A stretch of 64,000 bases of DNA from Chiloscyllium plagiosum. Its lineage: Eukaryota. The position numbers and the translations under genes were made by a program. Below the pieces are notes generated by a model. It was not told where the DNA came from, did no database searches, and worked only from the letters and a program-made list of their open reading frames with translations. Each line of letters starts with the position of its first letter. Position 1 is the first letter of the stretch. Where the stretch lies: positions 58,277,823 through 58,341,822 of the forward strand of contig NC_057719.1 of the NCBI RefSeq assembly GCF_004010195.1, in the 5' to 3' direction. Of this stretch, positions 1 to 13,394 are shown one piece after another.

Positions 1-498
1 GTGCTGGGTCCACTGCTTTTCATCATTTATATAAATGATTTGGATATGAACATAGGAGGTATGGTTAGCAAGTTTGCAGATGACACCAAAATTGGAGGTG
101 TAGTGGACAGCGAAGAAGGTTACCTCAGAGGACAACGGGATCTTGATCAACTGGGCCAATGGGCTGACGAGAGGCAGATAGAGTTTAATTTAGATAAACG
201 AAAGGTGCTGTATTTTGGGAAAGCAAATCAGAGCAGGATTTATGCACTTAATGGTAAGATCCTAGGGAGTGTTGCTGAACAAAAAGACCTTGGTGTGCAG
301 GTTCATAGTTCCTTGGAAGTAGAATTGCAGGTAGACAGGATAGTGCAGGTGTTTAGTATCCTTTCCTTTAATGGTCAGAGCACTGAGTATTGGAGTTGTG
401 AGGTCATGTTGCAGCTGTACAGGACATTGGTTAGGCCACTTTTGAAATACTGCATGCAATTCTGGTCTCCCTGCTATAGGAAGGATGTTGCGAAACTC
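1..498 (+). mobile_element. CR1 LINE RT fragment (5' piece; continues at 4440-4935)
   Basis: LGPLLFIIYINDLD...KFADDTKIGG RT motifs; the sequence breaks off at RKDVAKL and resumes after the nested element. Confidence 0.9.
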
Positions 499-3400
499 AG
501 AACATAGAACAATAGAGTGCAGAACAGGCCCTTTAGCCCTGTTTAAATGCCCCTAAAGTGGCTGAGTTAACTAGCAGGCAGGGCATTCCAAGCCTTTACT
601 ACTCTCTGAGTAAAGATCCTGCCTCAAATCTATTACCGCTCAGTTTGCAGCTATGTCCCCCTCCTAAAAGATGATGTCATCATCCTTGGAAAAAGACTCT
701 CACTGTCCACCTTATCTAATCCTCTGATCATCTTGTATGTCTCTATTAAATCTCCTCTTAGCCGCCTTCTCTCCAATGAGAACAGACCCAAGTCCCTCAG
801 TCTTTCCTCAATCGACCTTCGATCCAGACCAGCCAATATCCTGGTAAATCTCCTCTGCACCTTTTCCAATGCTTCCACATCCTTTCTGTAATGGGGCAAC
901 CAGAGCTGCACACAATATCCAAGTGAGGCCGCACTAGCATTTTGTACAGTTGCAGCATGACATCACAGCCCCGGAAATTAATCTCTCTACCAATAAAAGC
1001 TAACACACCGTATACCTTCTTAACAGCACTATCAACTTGGGTGGCAACTTTCAGGGATCTATGTACATGGACACCACGATCCCTCTACACATCTACGCCA
1101 CCAAGAATCTTTCCATTGACCCAGTATTCTGCTTTCCTGTAATTCTTTCCAATGTGAAACACCTCACATTTATCTGCATTGAACTCGACTTGCCTCCTTT
1201 CAGCCCAGTTCTGCAGTTTATCTAAGTCCCCCTGCAAACTGCAACATTCTTCCACACTGTCCACCACTCCACCGATTTTAGTATCATCTGCAAACTTACT
1301 ACCCATCCACCTATGCTTGCATCCAAGTCATTTATAAAAATGACAAACAGCAGTGGTCGCAAAACATCCTTGTGGCACACCACTAATAATTGGACTCCAG
1401 GCTGAATATTTTCCATCAACGATCACTTGTTGTCTTCTTACAGAAAGTTAGTTTCTAATCCAAACTGCTAAATCACGTTCAATCTCATGCCTCTACATTT
1501 TCTCCAGTAGCCTACCATGTGGAACTTTACCAAAAGCTTTGCTGAAGTCCATGTACACCACATCAATTGCCCTATCCTCATCCATATGCTTGGTCACCTT
1601 CTCAAAAAATTCAATGAGGTTTGTGAGACATGATCTGCCCTTGATGAAACCATGTTGACTATCTCCAATCAAACTGTTGCTTGCTAGGTGATTGTAAATC
1701 CTATCTCTTATAATCATTTCCAAAACTTTTCCTACAACAGATATAAGGCTCACTGGTCTATAATTACCTGGGTCATCTCTACTGCCCTTTTGCAATCCTC
1801 CAGCCCTCTGGTACTAAACCTATGGACAACGATGACTTAAAAGTCAAGGCCAAAGGTTTTGCCAACTCCTCCCCAGCTTCCCAGAGAATCCACGGATAAA
1901 TCTAATCTGGCCTCTACTTTCACACCTAGAAGTGATAACACCTCCCTCCTTACTAACCTCAATCCTTTCTAGTCTAATAGCCTGTACGTCAGTTTTCTCC
2001 TCTACAATATTCTCCTTTTCCGGAGTGAAAACAAATGAGAAATATTCGTTTAGCAACTCTCTGATCTCCACAAGGTCCACACACAACTCCCCACTTCTGT
2101 CTTTGATTGGCCCTATTCTTACCCTGTTCATCCTTTTATTTCTCACATACCTATTGAAAGCTTTAGGGCTCTCCTTTATCCTACCTGCTAAAGACTGCTC
2201 ATGTCCCCTCCTTGCTCTTCTTAACTCTCTCTTTAAATCCTTCCTAGCTAATCTGTAACTCTCCATCACTCATCTGAACCATCTTGTCTCAATGCCACAT
2301 AAGCCTCCCTATTCCACTTAATAAGAGATACAATTCCTTTAGTAAATCACAGTTCCCTTACCTTATCACTTTGTCCCTGCCTGACAGGGACATATCTATC
2401 AAGGACATGCAATATCTGTTCCTTAAACCAGCTCCACATTTCGATTGCCCCCTTGCCCTGCATTTTGCTACCCCATTCTATGCCTCCTAAGTCTTGCCTA
2501 ATCGCATTATAATTGCTCTTCCCCCATCTATGACTGTTGCCTGTGGCATGTACCTATCCCTTTTCATCACTAAACTAAACGTAACAGAATCATGATTATT
2601 CTCTCCAAAGTGCTCACCTACCAGATCCAGTGTGGCCTCCCCTCTTTCCGGCCCTTCGACATTCTGTATCAGGAAACCCTCCTACACACATTGGACAAAA
2701 ACTGATCCATCCGACGTACTAGCATTTCTAGTCAATGATGGGGAAGTTAAAGTCCCCCATAATGACCACCCTGTTCCTATCACTCCTGCCCAGAATCATT
2801 TTGCCAATCCTCTCCTCCACCTCCCTGGAACTTTGCAGAGGCCGATAAAAAACTCCCAGGAGTGTGACCTCTCCTCTCTTGTTTCTAACCTCAGCCCATA
2901 CCACCTCAATACATGAGTCCTCGTCAAAAGTTCTTTCAGCCACTTTTCTACTGTCCTTGACTAACAAAGCCACACCTTCCCCTCTTTTACCACTTTCCCT
3001 TACCTTAATGAAAGATCTAAACCCCGGAACCTGCAACATCCAATCCCAGCCTTGCTCTATCCATGTCTCAGAAATGGCCACGACATTAAAGTCCCAGGTA
3101 ACTATCTATGCTGCAACTTCACCTACCTTCTTCTGGATACTCCTGGCATTGAAGGAGACACACTTAAAACCAGCTTGCTGTCTGCCAGAACACTCCTGTG
3201 ACCATAAAATCCTGTTCATGTCCTCCCTACTCACATCCTCCTGTGAACTGGAACTACACAGTTTCCCATCCGCCTCCTAGCATTAGCAAATTTCCCATCC
3301 ATGATATTAGTACTCCTCTGGATCAAATAAAGACCGTCCTGTTTGTAGAGGTACCACCTTCCCCAGAATGAGCCCTAATTATCCATGTACCTAAAACTCT

Positions 3401-4430
3401 CCCTCCTGCATCATCCTTGCAGCCATGTGTTCAGCTGATATCTCTCCCTGTTCCTCACCTCGCTATCACGTGGCACGGGTAACAAACCAGAGATAACAAC
3501 TCTGTTTGTTCTAGCTCTCAGCTTCCACCCTAGCTCCCCGAAATCCCGCCTTACATCCCTATCCCTCTTTCTACCTATGTCGTCGCTACCTATGTCGTCG
3601 CTACCTATGTGGACTACGACTTGGGGCTGGTCACCCTCTCCCTTCAGGGCCCCAAAGACATGATCCGAGACATCACAGACCCTGGCACTGGGGAAGCCAC
3701 ACCACTAACCATGAGTCTCTTTCATTCCCAACAAACCTTCTATCTGACCCTCTAACTATTGAGTCCCCAATGACCAACACTCTCTCCTTCCCTTCTGTGC
3801 AACAGGAACAGACTCTGTACCAGAGACCTGCACCCCAGTGTATGCCCCGGTAAGTACCCCACCACCCCCCGACAGTATTCAAAATGGTAAACTTGTTTTT
3901 AAGGAGAATGACCACAGGGAATCCCTGCACTGACCGTTTCTTCCCCCTTCCAAAGTTACCCAGCTTTCTCCATGCTCAGGAGTAACTACTTCCATTTAAC
4001 TCTTATCTATCATAGACTCTTCCTCCCGAATGATCTGACGTTCATCCAGCTCCCGCTCCAGTTCCCTAACAAGGTCTTGGAGGAGCAAGAGTTGGGTGCA
4101 TGCACTTCCTGCAGATGTACTTGGAATAGGACACTAATGGCATCCCTTACCTCAAACATCATGCAGGAGGAACATTCTTCTCCCTGCACTGCCATCCCTG
4201 CCTGTCCCCTTATCAGAAAATAAAAAAAGAGAAGCTTGTCTGATGTGCCCGGTGTTTAAAGGTTAGAGGAGGTGGATGGGTGGGAGACCCTAGAAAACAC
4301 TCAGTTATATAGCTGAGGGGAAAAAAAGTCCCTCCTTTCCCAGAAACAACTTCTCTCTGAGGTAAGCTTTTAAAGATTTAAATTAGTGACTCACCTTTCC
4401 CGACAGCTCCTGCTCTTCCTGCTACTAAAA
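499..4430 (-). mobile_element. Near full-length decayed CR1 LINE (ORF1 zinc finger and SGNH esterase; ORF2 APE endonuclease and RT)
   Basis: ORF1: CSSC and VLVIGDSIVRG. Endonuclease: AISETW and IMGDFN. RT: NYRPVSL, QHGF and FADD. 3' tail (TTCTATG)n near 499-510. Many frameshifts. Confidence 0.92.
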
Positions 4431-4439
4431 ACAGAAATG

Positions 4440-4935
4440 GAGGGCTCGACGCTTGAGGTCAGAAAAGATCTTGAAGGATGTTGCCAGCGTTGAGAGATTT
4501 GAGGAGCAGAGAAAGGCTGAATAGGCTAGGATATTTCCCCTGGAGCGCTGGAGGCTGACCTTACAGAGATTTATAAAATTATGTGGAGCATGGAGAGGAT
4601 AAATAGACAAAATATTTTCCCTGGAGTGGGGGAGTCCAGAACTGGAGGGCATAGGCTCAGGGTTAGAGGGGAAAGATATAAAAAGGGACCTAAGGGGCAA
4701 CCTTTTCACGCAGAGGATAGTGCGTGTATGGAATGAACTGCCAGAGGAAGCGGTGGAGGCTGGTACAATTGCAACATTTAAAAGGCATCTGGAAGGGTAT
4801 GAATAGGAAGGGTTTAGAGGGATATGGGCCAAGTGCTGGCAAATGGTACTAGATTAGGTTAGGATATCTGGTCGGCAGGGATGAGTTGGACTGAAGGGTG
4901 TGTTTCCGTGCTGTGCGTCTCAATGACTCTATGAC
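4440..4935 (+). mobile_element. CR1 LINE 3' end (continuation of 1-498)
   Basis: Same 3' end as the other plus-strand CR1 copies (RVWNELPEE; ATGACTCT tail). Confidence 0.85.
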
Positions 4936-6537
4936 TGAGGTAAACAGGGATTTTGATGTTCTGGTATATGAAACACAAAAAAAGTATGCATGTACAGGAA
5001 ATAATGACCGAAGGATCTCTATGACATCTCTATGACTCTTTGACAACCTGTTCAGGAAAAGAAAAACTTGAAATTTTCAAATCTTCAATCAATCTTCCAC
5101 AAAGAATGCAAATAGATTTCACCCAAAACTGATGTGGAGGATTTTCTTTTCAGAACTGGGAGAGATCAGCTGGGGAGCTTGCTCAAAGCAAGCCTGCTTT
5201 CAACCCAGGCCTGTTCTTGGCAGGCTTCCCTCCAACTTAATCAAATAAAACCAGTCTCTCTAAAACACTCATGACTTGAAAAACCCCAGCAAAATCTACA
5301 GCAAAGCAAGCAATTATCACCTGTCATATGATTTCTAAAGATCTTAATTAAAATCTGTTTCCAATGTTTCGAGTGAACTTTCAATTTCTACCTTTTGAAG
5401 ATACTAGACAGGTATGTCTACAAATCTTACAATAGTTTTTTCATAAGCCTTCAAAACCCAAGTTCTTCAAGCAATCAAATTTTATCTTGATTATCAATTT
5501 CAAAGCTATGGATCTTGGCAAGGATCATTTTTAATACCAGGGAGAAGGACATTTAGATCTTTCCTTTGACAATTCTCCTAGAAATCTACCACCTTTTTTA
5601 GTATGGGTCAAGCCATAATCAATTAACTCAATATCTTTCTTCCATCGGTTGAATCAGTGTTTTTATTTTCTTTAGGAATTGGAGCAATAATTTTCTTTGT
5701 AAATGTATAACCAAGTGCATGAATTCATTCATGTATAGTTCACTGACATACTATAAACCAACGCTTTGCGGATTTTTGCAAATTCCTTCCACAAGTGATA
5801 TTGCTGTATTGAATAAATCACTTACACTCAAACTAGAATTCATGTCCTTACATACCTTCACACAAGCACTAACAATTCCCTTCCAGTTTTTATCTTACTG
5901 AAATTAGCCACTATTAAAATAAAGCATCAGTCTATTCTGCAATGACAACAATATTTTGCTGTCTATCATCATATCTACGGAATAAGATGCTAAGATTACT
6001 CATTATGATAAAACTTGCTTTAATGCAGAACTGCTCCAGAACATAAATATTATGCCTGGTTAAGTTTCCAAGTAACGGACGAGGCTCTGTGAATCAAATG
6101 TAATCATCTTACATATCTTCATAGAGCATATTGGCAGCCATATCTGATTTTAAGAGATATTGTCAGGGGTATCCTTTGTAATGCTCCGGTTCTACTGTGA
6201 TAAATTAATTTAAGTTGTTATTTATGGCTTATTCCAATCTTATACCCAAGTTATGGTAGCTAACTGTGCACAATCTGACAGAAATAGCTAAAACTCTAAA
6301 ATTACTTCTGTCGACAGAATTTGATTCACATATTGCATATCAGACACAGAAATACTGCAGCTTTCCAATATTTTTGAAATGTGTAAGTAAGTGTGATGGC
6401 TAGGACATATCGTAAGAACAGTTGAGGTTTGTTTTCTAAAAGATGCACTATGCAACAAAATTGATAGTGCCTTTAAACCTGTTGGACAAAAAGTAAACTA
6501 AGATACAAGGATGTATGTAAGTGAGACATTATTATAA

Positions 6538-6711
6538 CTGAAAATGTGTTGCTGGAAAAGCACAGCAGGTCAGGCAGCATCCAAGAAGGAATGCTCATGC
6601 CCGAAACGTCAATTCTCCTGCTCCTTGGATGCTGCCTGACCTGCTGCGCTTTTCCAACAACACATTTTTAGCTCTGATCTCCAGCATCTGCAGTCCTCAC
6701 TTTCTCCTAGA
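6538..6711. mobile_element. Palindromic Penelope-like terminal fragment (family A) with 14-bp TSD
   Basis: AGACATTATTATAA at 6524-6537 and 6712-6725. Two inverted arms of about 50 nt (GTGTTGCTGGAAAAGC...GCAGCATCCAAG and its complement). Confidence 0.85.
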
Positions 6712-6729
6712 AGACATTATTATAAATCA

Positions 6730-7235
6730 AACTGATGTCAATGACTGGCACCAGACCAGATATGACCAAAGCATTTGATATTGAAATGGATATACCTGGA
6801 TTAGGTGCTGTTCAGAAAACAGTATTGCACAACTGATTCCTGGGACAAAAATGTATAACAAAGCTCAGCAAGTTGAACCTGTACCTAGTGGGTGTGTAGA
6901 AGAATGAGAGCTGGCCTTCTAGAGATAGTCGTGAGGGGACGGACAGAGCGAGTTTAGAACCCAGGTATAGAGTTTACAAATTAGAGATCTCCCATAGATC
7001 TGAAATGAGATTATTTTACCTCAATGTTTTTGTCTCCAGAGCAGTGTGGAGGTTGGTCAGTGAATAAATTCAAGGCTGAGTTAGATAGATTATTGGTCAA
7101 AAGCATTCAATATTCTAGGGGAAAGCAATAAAATTAAATTAAGGCCATAAGCAGATCAGTTATCAACTGACTGAATGGTGGAGCAGGGTGAGGGGCTGAA
7201 TTGTCTATTCCAACTCCAATTTTTTATGTTCTTGC
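6730..7235 (+). mobile_element. Old CR1 3' fragment
   Basis: Degenerate match to the CR1 3' end at 47600-48110, ending in TTATGTTCTT. Confidence 0.6.
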
Positions 7236-8035
7236 AACTCCAACATCAGTTTGCTTAGCTGTTGTGAATCATATGTAATGTCGCAAAGCCAAAGAAATTT
7301 AGCTATTTATGATCAAATTGGACATCAAACAGCTAGAGACTCTGTGGATCATTAGCAATGAGACATCACTGTTTAAAAGATGGGTCAACGTAGTGAAACA
7401 TTAGCTTATATATTCCATAACTCATTCATGTTCACTTTTAATGAATTTGAAAGGGCTCACTTGTTCCTATTATTTAAGAGGAGTGACAAAAAAAATTTAA
7501 ACTCTCATGGGGCTTTCAGCAGTTGTTGATGGATTTTCTTATGGATCCAGGAACAGGTATTACATTGTATAAGCAGCTAGTTAAACTCTCATAAGCATCG
7601 TTAGTAATTAGATACAGTCTGAGTAAGACTTGATCATACAATCGTAAGCAGCTTAAGTATAGAGGAAAGCCACTTGGCCCATCATGTCTACATATCTATA
7701 GAAGAACATTTTGCACAATTCTACCCAAAGTCCATTTCAATTCTTCTTGCTTCAGAAAAAGAATAAATTCTCTTTTAAAGTTCATGATGGAATCCAACTC
7801 CACCACATTTTGACGAAGCATTCCAGATCCTCTGCACTTGCTGTAATAAAAAACATCTTCCTCACGTATGCATTAATTCTTTTGTCAATAACTTTCACTC
7901 AAATGACCTCTGGTTTTCGATCCTTCCACCAACTGAAGTTTTCATCTCTAATATTACTTGGTGGTTCTCTTACCCTTGTCTGAAGTTCCACAAGGCTCTT
8001 CTCCAATCAATGGTCTTCATGATTTTCAGAGGTAC

Positions 8036-8945
8036 TGTTAGAACCCGCACTGATTTTTCATTATTTTATTATTTTCTAAAGTCAGTTTTGGTTTGGAAAT
8101 GTGAACTGTGAGCTGAGAGCTGAATGTGACCTGCAGACTTAGAGCAGGACTTTGATTAGAAACAAAGCAAACAAATTGATATTTGCTTGTGAAACCAGGC
8201 CTGGTATTTTATTGCTTGTTGATTCTTGTTCTAAGAATGCTGTAGACATTTTGCTTCTGTAGATTCATTATGAAGAAATAGATGGAGATGGTTAAGTTAG
8301 CAAGGGTCTCACAGGGAGACAACCAGTTTAAAAAAGAGAAACCAAAGATTTTGAATTGCATTTAAATCAGAAGGATTATGCCTGTGAAAGCTGTAGTTCC
8401 CTGGTTATCCTCCCATTATCAACTTATGGAAATTTGGGCAATAGAATCTGTTATAAGTATTAAGCAAACATTCCTCAGAGGTGACTGGAAGCTGGTTCCA
8501 TGCACTGCTGTCTTCAGAAACCAAGCAAAATAAAACTCTATGGACTGTGGTGTTACGGATCGTGAAGTCTGTTTAAATGAACTGCCCAGTTATACCTTTG
8601 CCTTTAATCTCTTGCTTTATCCCTAAATGATATCTGCTTGTCTGACTGCATTTGTGTGAAAATGGAGCTAGAATCAAAGGAGATTATGTTTATATCATAG
8701 ACATTAATTAGATTACCTTGTGGTTTAACTTTACTTGGCTAAAGCTACTGTATTATTAATACATTGTTAGGTCTTTTGTTTAAGCTATAACCTTAATATC
8801 TGGTTTTGATTATTCACAAAATCTGGTTAAGTTCCACTGGGGGCAATTTTTAGTGTGAGGGACTGTTTTAGTTTTACTGTGCCGCAAATGCAAGGCAGTT
8901 GGACTTGAATCTGGATCATCAGGTCCAGTAGTTGGGACACTAATA
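8036..8945. mobile_element. Probable solo LTR-like repeat
   Basis: Starts TGTTA and has LTR-like composition; part of it recurs inverted at about 10752-10970. TSD not resolved. Confidence 0.4.
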
Positions 8946-10177
8946 CAATGCAAGACCGATCACCATGATTTACACATAATTTAGGTAAGGACCTTAATGT
9001 ACATGCAACCCAATAGGCTGAAGACTGATGTAAACTAATTCAGAGAGTGAGCATGCCTTTAATAAGGAAAAATACAATGTCAAAGTTTTTGGGCTTAAGA
9101 ATCACTAGTCATGTTTACATAATGCAAAATGGAGGGGAGGGGAGGGGAGGGGTACAATAAAGTCAACAGATTATGAAAGAGAACCGAGGGAAATAAATAC
9201 TTATTTGCAATATACAGGTAGTGCAAAGTAGCTAAAGACAAAACAAGTAGAATTTAAGATTTTTTGGTGAATATCAAGACTCTGCTACATGTAAGTTTGG
9301 AGGTTTGTATTCAGTTTTGATCCCCAGACAATGGTGAAGGATACCAAGGCTTTGCAGACAATATCAAAGAGGATGACAAAGATGTTACTTCGCCTCAGAA
9401 CTCAAGTATAACGGAGGGCTACCTACTTTGGAAAATCATGAACTTAACTATGGTATCAAATCTAATTGGATAGGTTATTTCAGATGGTGAAGAAATGTAG
9501 GATTAGTGGGAATTTTTGATGAAATCTAAAGCCAGACTCATGATATGTGCCAAGATGTACTTCTTTTCATAGAAAATTATCACTTTTGAAAATGTTTTCC
9601 AAAATGTATGGTGAGTTAAGAATTGTTGCAGTTCTTTAGAAGACAGATTCACATGTTCTTGGTTTTTTTTGTGGGGTGGGAGTGGGAGACGGAGACGATA
9701 GATAGAGAAAGGCATTTTTGGTGCCACATGATAAACTACTAATCAGTAGGAGTGGTGAATTATGCGCAACTAGTCACCTCTAACATTGACTGCTTACCTT
9801 ATGGAAGTGGAAGGTAATACTTTTCCTGATTTCGTTGCAGGCATTTCACTGGTTTTTTGCATCTCACAATATACTATATAGTTTCCAATAGTGGAGAAGG
9901 TTGTTCTGTTCTATGTCTGGGTCTCTGGAAACCTTGTTGTACTTTCCACCATTTGCCTGACCCAGCATGCAGCACTATACCTTGACCTCCCCCATTGTAC
10001 TTGTAGCTCCTTTTCATCCTTTGATGATCTTACCTTGCTATTCCTTCATTTTTTTTTCTGTTTATTAAGCACTACTTCAAGTTTCTCTGTAAAATTATCC
10101 TCCCCTTCTCCCTCAGCCTCTTCAGACCAAACTTTGTAATTTCAGTAACATCTCAACTCCACTTGCTATTTACTTCA

Positions 10178-11293
10178 GATTGGTAATGCAGTGGACAGTG
10201 AATGTTGTCTCAGCGTATAATGGGATGAGCTGAAGGGCTGAGGAAGTGGCAGATGATGTTTAATTTAAATGAGTGTGAGGTGTTGCATTTTAGTAAGGCA
10301 AATCAGGAGAGGGCAATAAACTTAACGGTAGGGTTCTGGGAAGTGTTGCCGGACAAAAAGACCTTGGGCTGCAGGTTCTCAGTTTCTTAAGGGTGCAGTC
10401 ACAGATTGACAGGGTAGTGAAGGTGGTGATTGGCATGCTTGACTTTACTGATCAGTGTATTGAGTATAGGAGTTGGGATGTCATATTGAGGCTGTACAGG
10501 ACATTGGTATTTTGGAATTCTCTGTTCAGTTCTGGTCTCCTTGCTTTGGTAAAGATGTTGTTAAACTTGAAAGGGTGCAAAAAAAGGTTTACAGGATGTT
10601 TCCAGGATTGGAGGGTTTGAGATAAAGGGAGAGGCTTAATAGGCTGGGGCTATTTTCCCTGAAGTACAGAGGCTGAGGAGAGACCTTATAAAGATTTTTA
10701 AAAATCATGAGGGACATAGAAAAGGTGAACAGATATGGCCTTTTTCTCAGACACTAAGTTTATAGCTTAAACAAAATAACTAACAATTTATTAATAATAC
10801 AATAGCTTCAACAGAATAAAGTTAAACCACAAGGTAATTTAATTAATGTGCATGGTATAAACATAATCTCCTTTGATTCTAGCCTCACTTTCACGCTCTT
10901 GCAGTCAGACCATTGAGGAATAAGGTAAGAAATAAAAGAAAAGGTTCATTTAAACAGACTCCATAATCTGATTTTCCTGGGTAAGGGAGTCCAAACCTAG
11001 AGGATATAGATTTAAGGTGAGGGGGGAAAGATTTAAAAGGGACCTAAGGGGCAATGTTTTTACGCAGAGGGTGGTACATGTATGAAATGAGCTGCCAAAG
11101 GAAGTGATAGAGGCTTACAACATGTATACATTACAATATTTAAAAGGCATCAGGATAGGTATATGAACAGGAAGGGTTTGGAGGGATATTGGCCAAAAGC
11201 TGGCAAAATGTAACTAGATTAATTTACGACATCTGGTCAGCATAGATGAGTGGACAAGGGGTCTGTTTCATGCTGTACAATTCTACGACTCTA
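10178..11293 (+). mobile_element. CR1 3' fragment interrupted by a 220-bp foreign insert
   Basis: IEYRSWDVILRLYRTLV and a CR1 tail; interruption at about 10747-10971. Confidence 0.85.
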
Positions 11294-13019
11294 ATGCTAA
11301 TGGTTAGCTATCTACGCATATAAACATTGAGTATATGGCGGTCAACCTTCCAATATTGTCCTAGAATCTCCAGGAACGGAAGATTACTCTCCAAGAAATT
11401 ATGTAGGCAACGCAGGAGTAAAATCACAAGCATATTGCTTTTTTGTTCTTATTTTATTTGTATGCTTTTTTTATTTGTTGTTGAAATATTGAAGATGAGA
11501 AAAAAGGTTATTTGACTGACAATCAAAGTAATCTACTGATATTCAAAAGTCTGTTTGCTTCTCAGTTTATGTGAATGCACTGCAGATACTACCACACTGG
11601 AATGTGAGAGTGGGTAGCTAAATGAAGGTGACATGATGAAAATTCCAGAAATGCATCCAACCAGAGCTCCTGCTGGCTTACAAATTCCACCTTGCAAACC
11701 AAATAACATGTTCAATCTGATTTAACTACTTTCTTGAACCGAAACACTCCTACAGAATTCTACTATGAAAAGGAATACTTCTCTAATTCTATATTCAAGT
11801 TATAATGATAGACGCTCAGGTTCTAAGCATTCAAACGCATTGCTATTTCCCACTCTCCTAACTAATTATATTTTCCCAATCTTGTTACCACATGTATAAA
11901 GAATTGGGCTTGAATAATAGCAAAGTGTATTTATTTTTAATTGCAGGCATTCACTCACTTTTTCATTCTTTATCTCCTGAGCCAAATGTTTGGTCAAAGA
12001 ATAGCCATTTAACATTCAGAATTACCTCTCTCTGCTGGGCATCTCAATAAAGCTGCATGACAGTTTGAAACCAGACAGGCCCAGACCTAAAGTTAAACTA
12101 TATTAGCTGCCCAATTTTGCGCAAATTTACTTTTTCACAATAAGTCATCAAAACAAAACTGGACACTTGCTTTTCTACAAGCTGCTAAATTTTAAATTGC
12201 ATGTTTTAAACACAAATAAAATGAATGTGCTACACTAAAACAAGAATGCAGATTACTGGTAAATTAAAATTATAAGAATTACAGAAGTCAGAGCTCAGAA
12301 GAGCAATGCTGCCAATACAATTACTACTGGTCTTCCATTAGCAACCCCACAAAACTGTCCAGTGAAGAATCTCTGATATTCACAGCTTTCCTTATTTAGA
12401 ATACTATCTTCAAACTTATCATTATATTCTTAGATCAACACAGAATCTACAGAAAACAAACAAACCATGTAGTCTAACTTATTTATGCTGGTCATTAGTC
12501 TTAACATGTACCTCCACCCATTCTAATGAATATGCACATGAATGATGTTTTCAAACAAAAGCAAGTTCTTTTATTCCCACCAGAGCTCCATGTAAAATCA
12601 TTTTCTTTTCATATTTTGGATCTCTTAAGCTTGGTATTTTATGTTCCATTGAACAGCTGTTCTCCAGCTTCACCTAATGTAACTCCAAAACTGGGCTGTA
12701 AGAAGTATCCAGATTGGTTGACCCTTTAACTATTCTTTCTTTCTGACTGGTAGGAAACTTGCCCACATTCAGTAACTCCCCTAAAAAGAAATCCGTTTCT
12801 TTATGGCAAATGCACTGGAATGCAATGTTTCTTACTAACTGGAAAATTAAGACCAGATTTACAGCACAAAGCTACTTTTAAACATGACGCTGTACCTTTT
12901 AAGGTTTATAATTCAACTGCTGAAACACACACATTTATAATATAGGGATATTTATTTAAAGGATATAACTAACTAAGTTAGTTTCTCCCCTTACTTGTAA
13001 ATATGTTAAGAAAACAGAA

Positions 13020-13258
13020 TCTCCAAGATAGCACTTGGAGAAGTTCAATAAACACGACTGAGACCGTATCTACCTTCCCTTGAAAAAAAAGAGCCGGAAA
13101 TGACATAATCCCCCTTAAGAAATCAAGACCTATAAACAGAGAGGCAGGACACACCACCAGCGCTTCAGCAGAGACTCTCACTGATGATGTTACTTAGTTT
13201 GGTGACGAAACGCCTGAAAAAAAAACCTTTAAGATCAGTGAGCAACTTACATACTTAA
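13020..13258 (+). mobile_element. Penelope-like 3' fragment (family C) with hammerhead motif
   Basis: Similar to 27300-27600; carries TCA-CTGATGA-T-GTTACT...GGTGAC-GAAA-CG-CC-TGA. Confidence 0.7.
13178..13217 (+). ncRNA. Minimal type I hammerhead ribozyme motif (family C; U16.1 changed to C)
   Basis: Core CUGAUGA/GAAA; 6-bp stem II GUUACU/GGUGAC; stem I UCA/UGA; cleavage triplet GCC instead of GUC. Confidence 0.65.
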
Positions 13259-13394
13259 GTCCACAAGAGTTACATTAGTTTTTAAACTTCAGGATGAATT
13301 TACTCCCTCCAGTGTTAAAGTTCTTAAATACTTAAACCAAGTTATTTACCCACACTCAAATGTCCAGGTTCTCTAAATTAGGATTATCTTCGGC

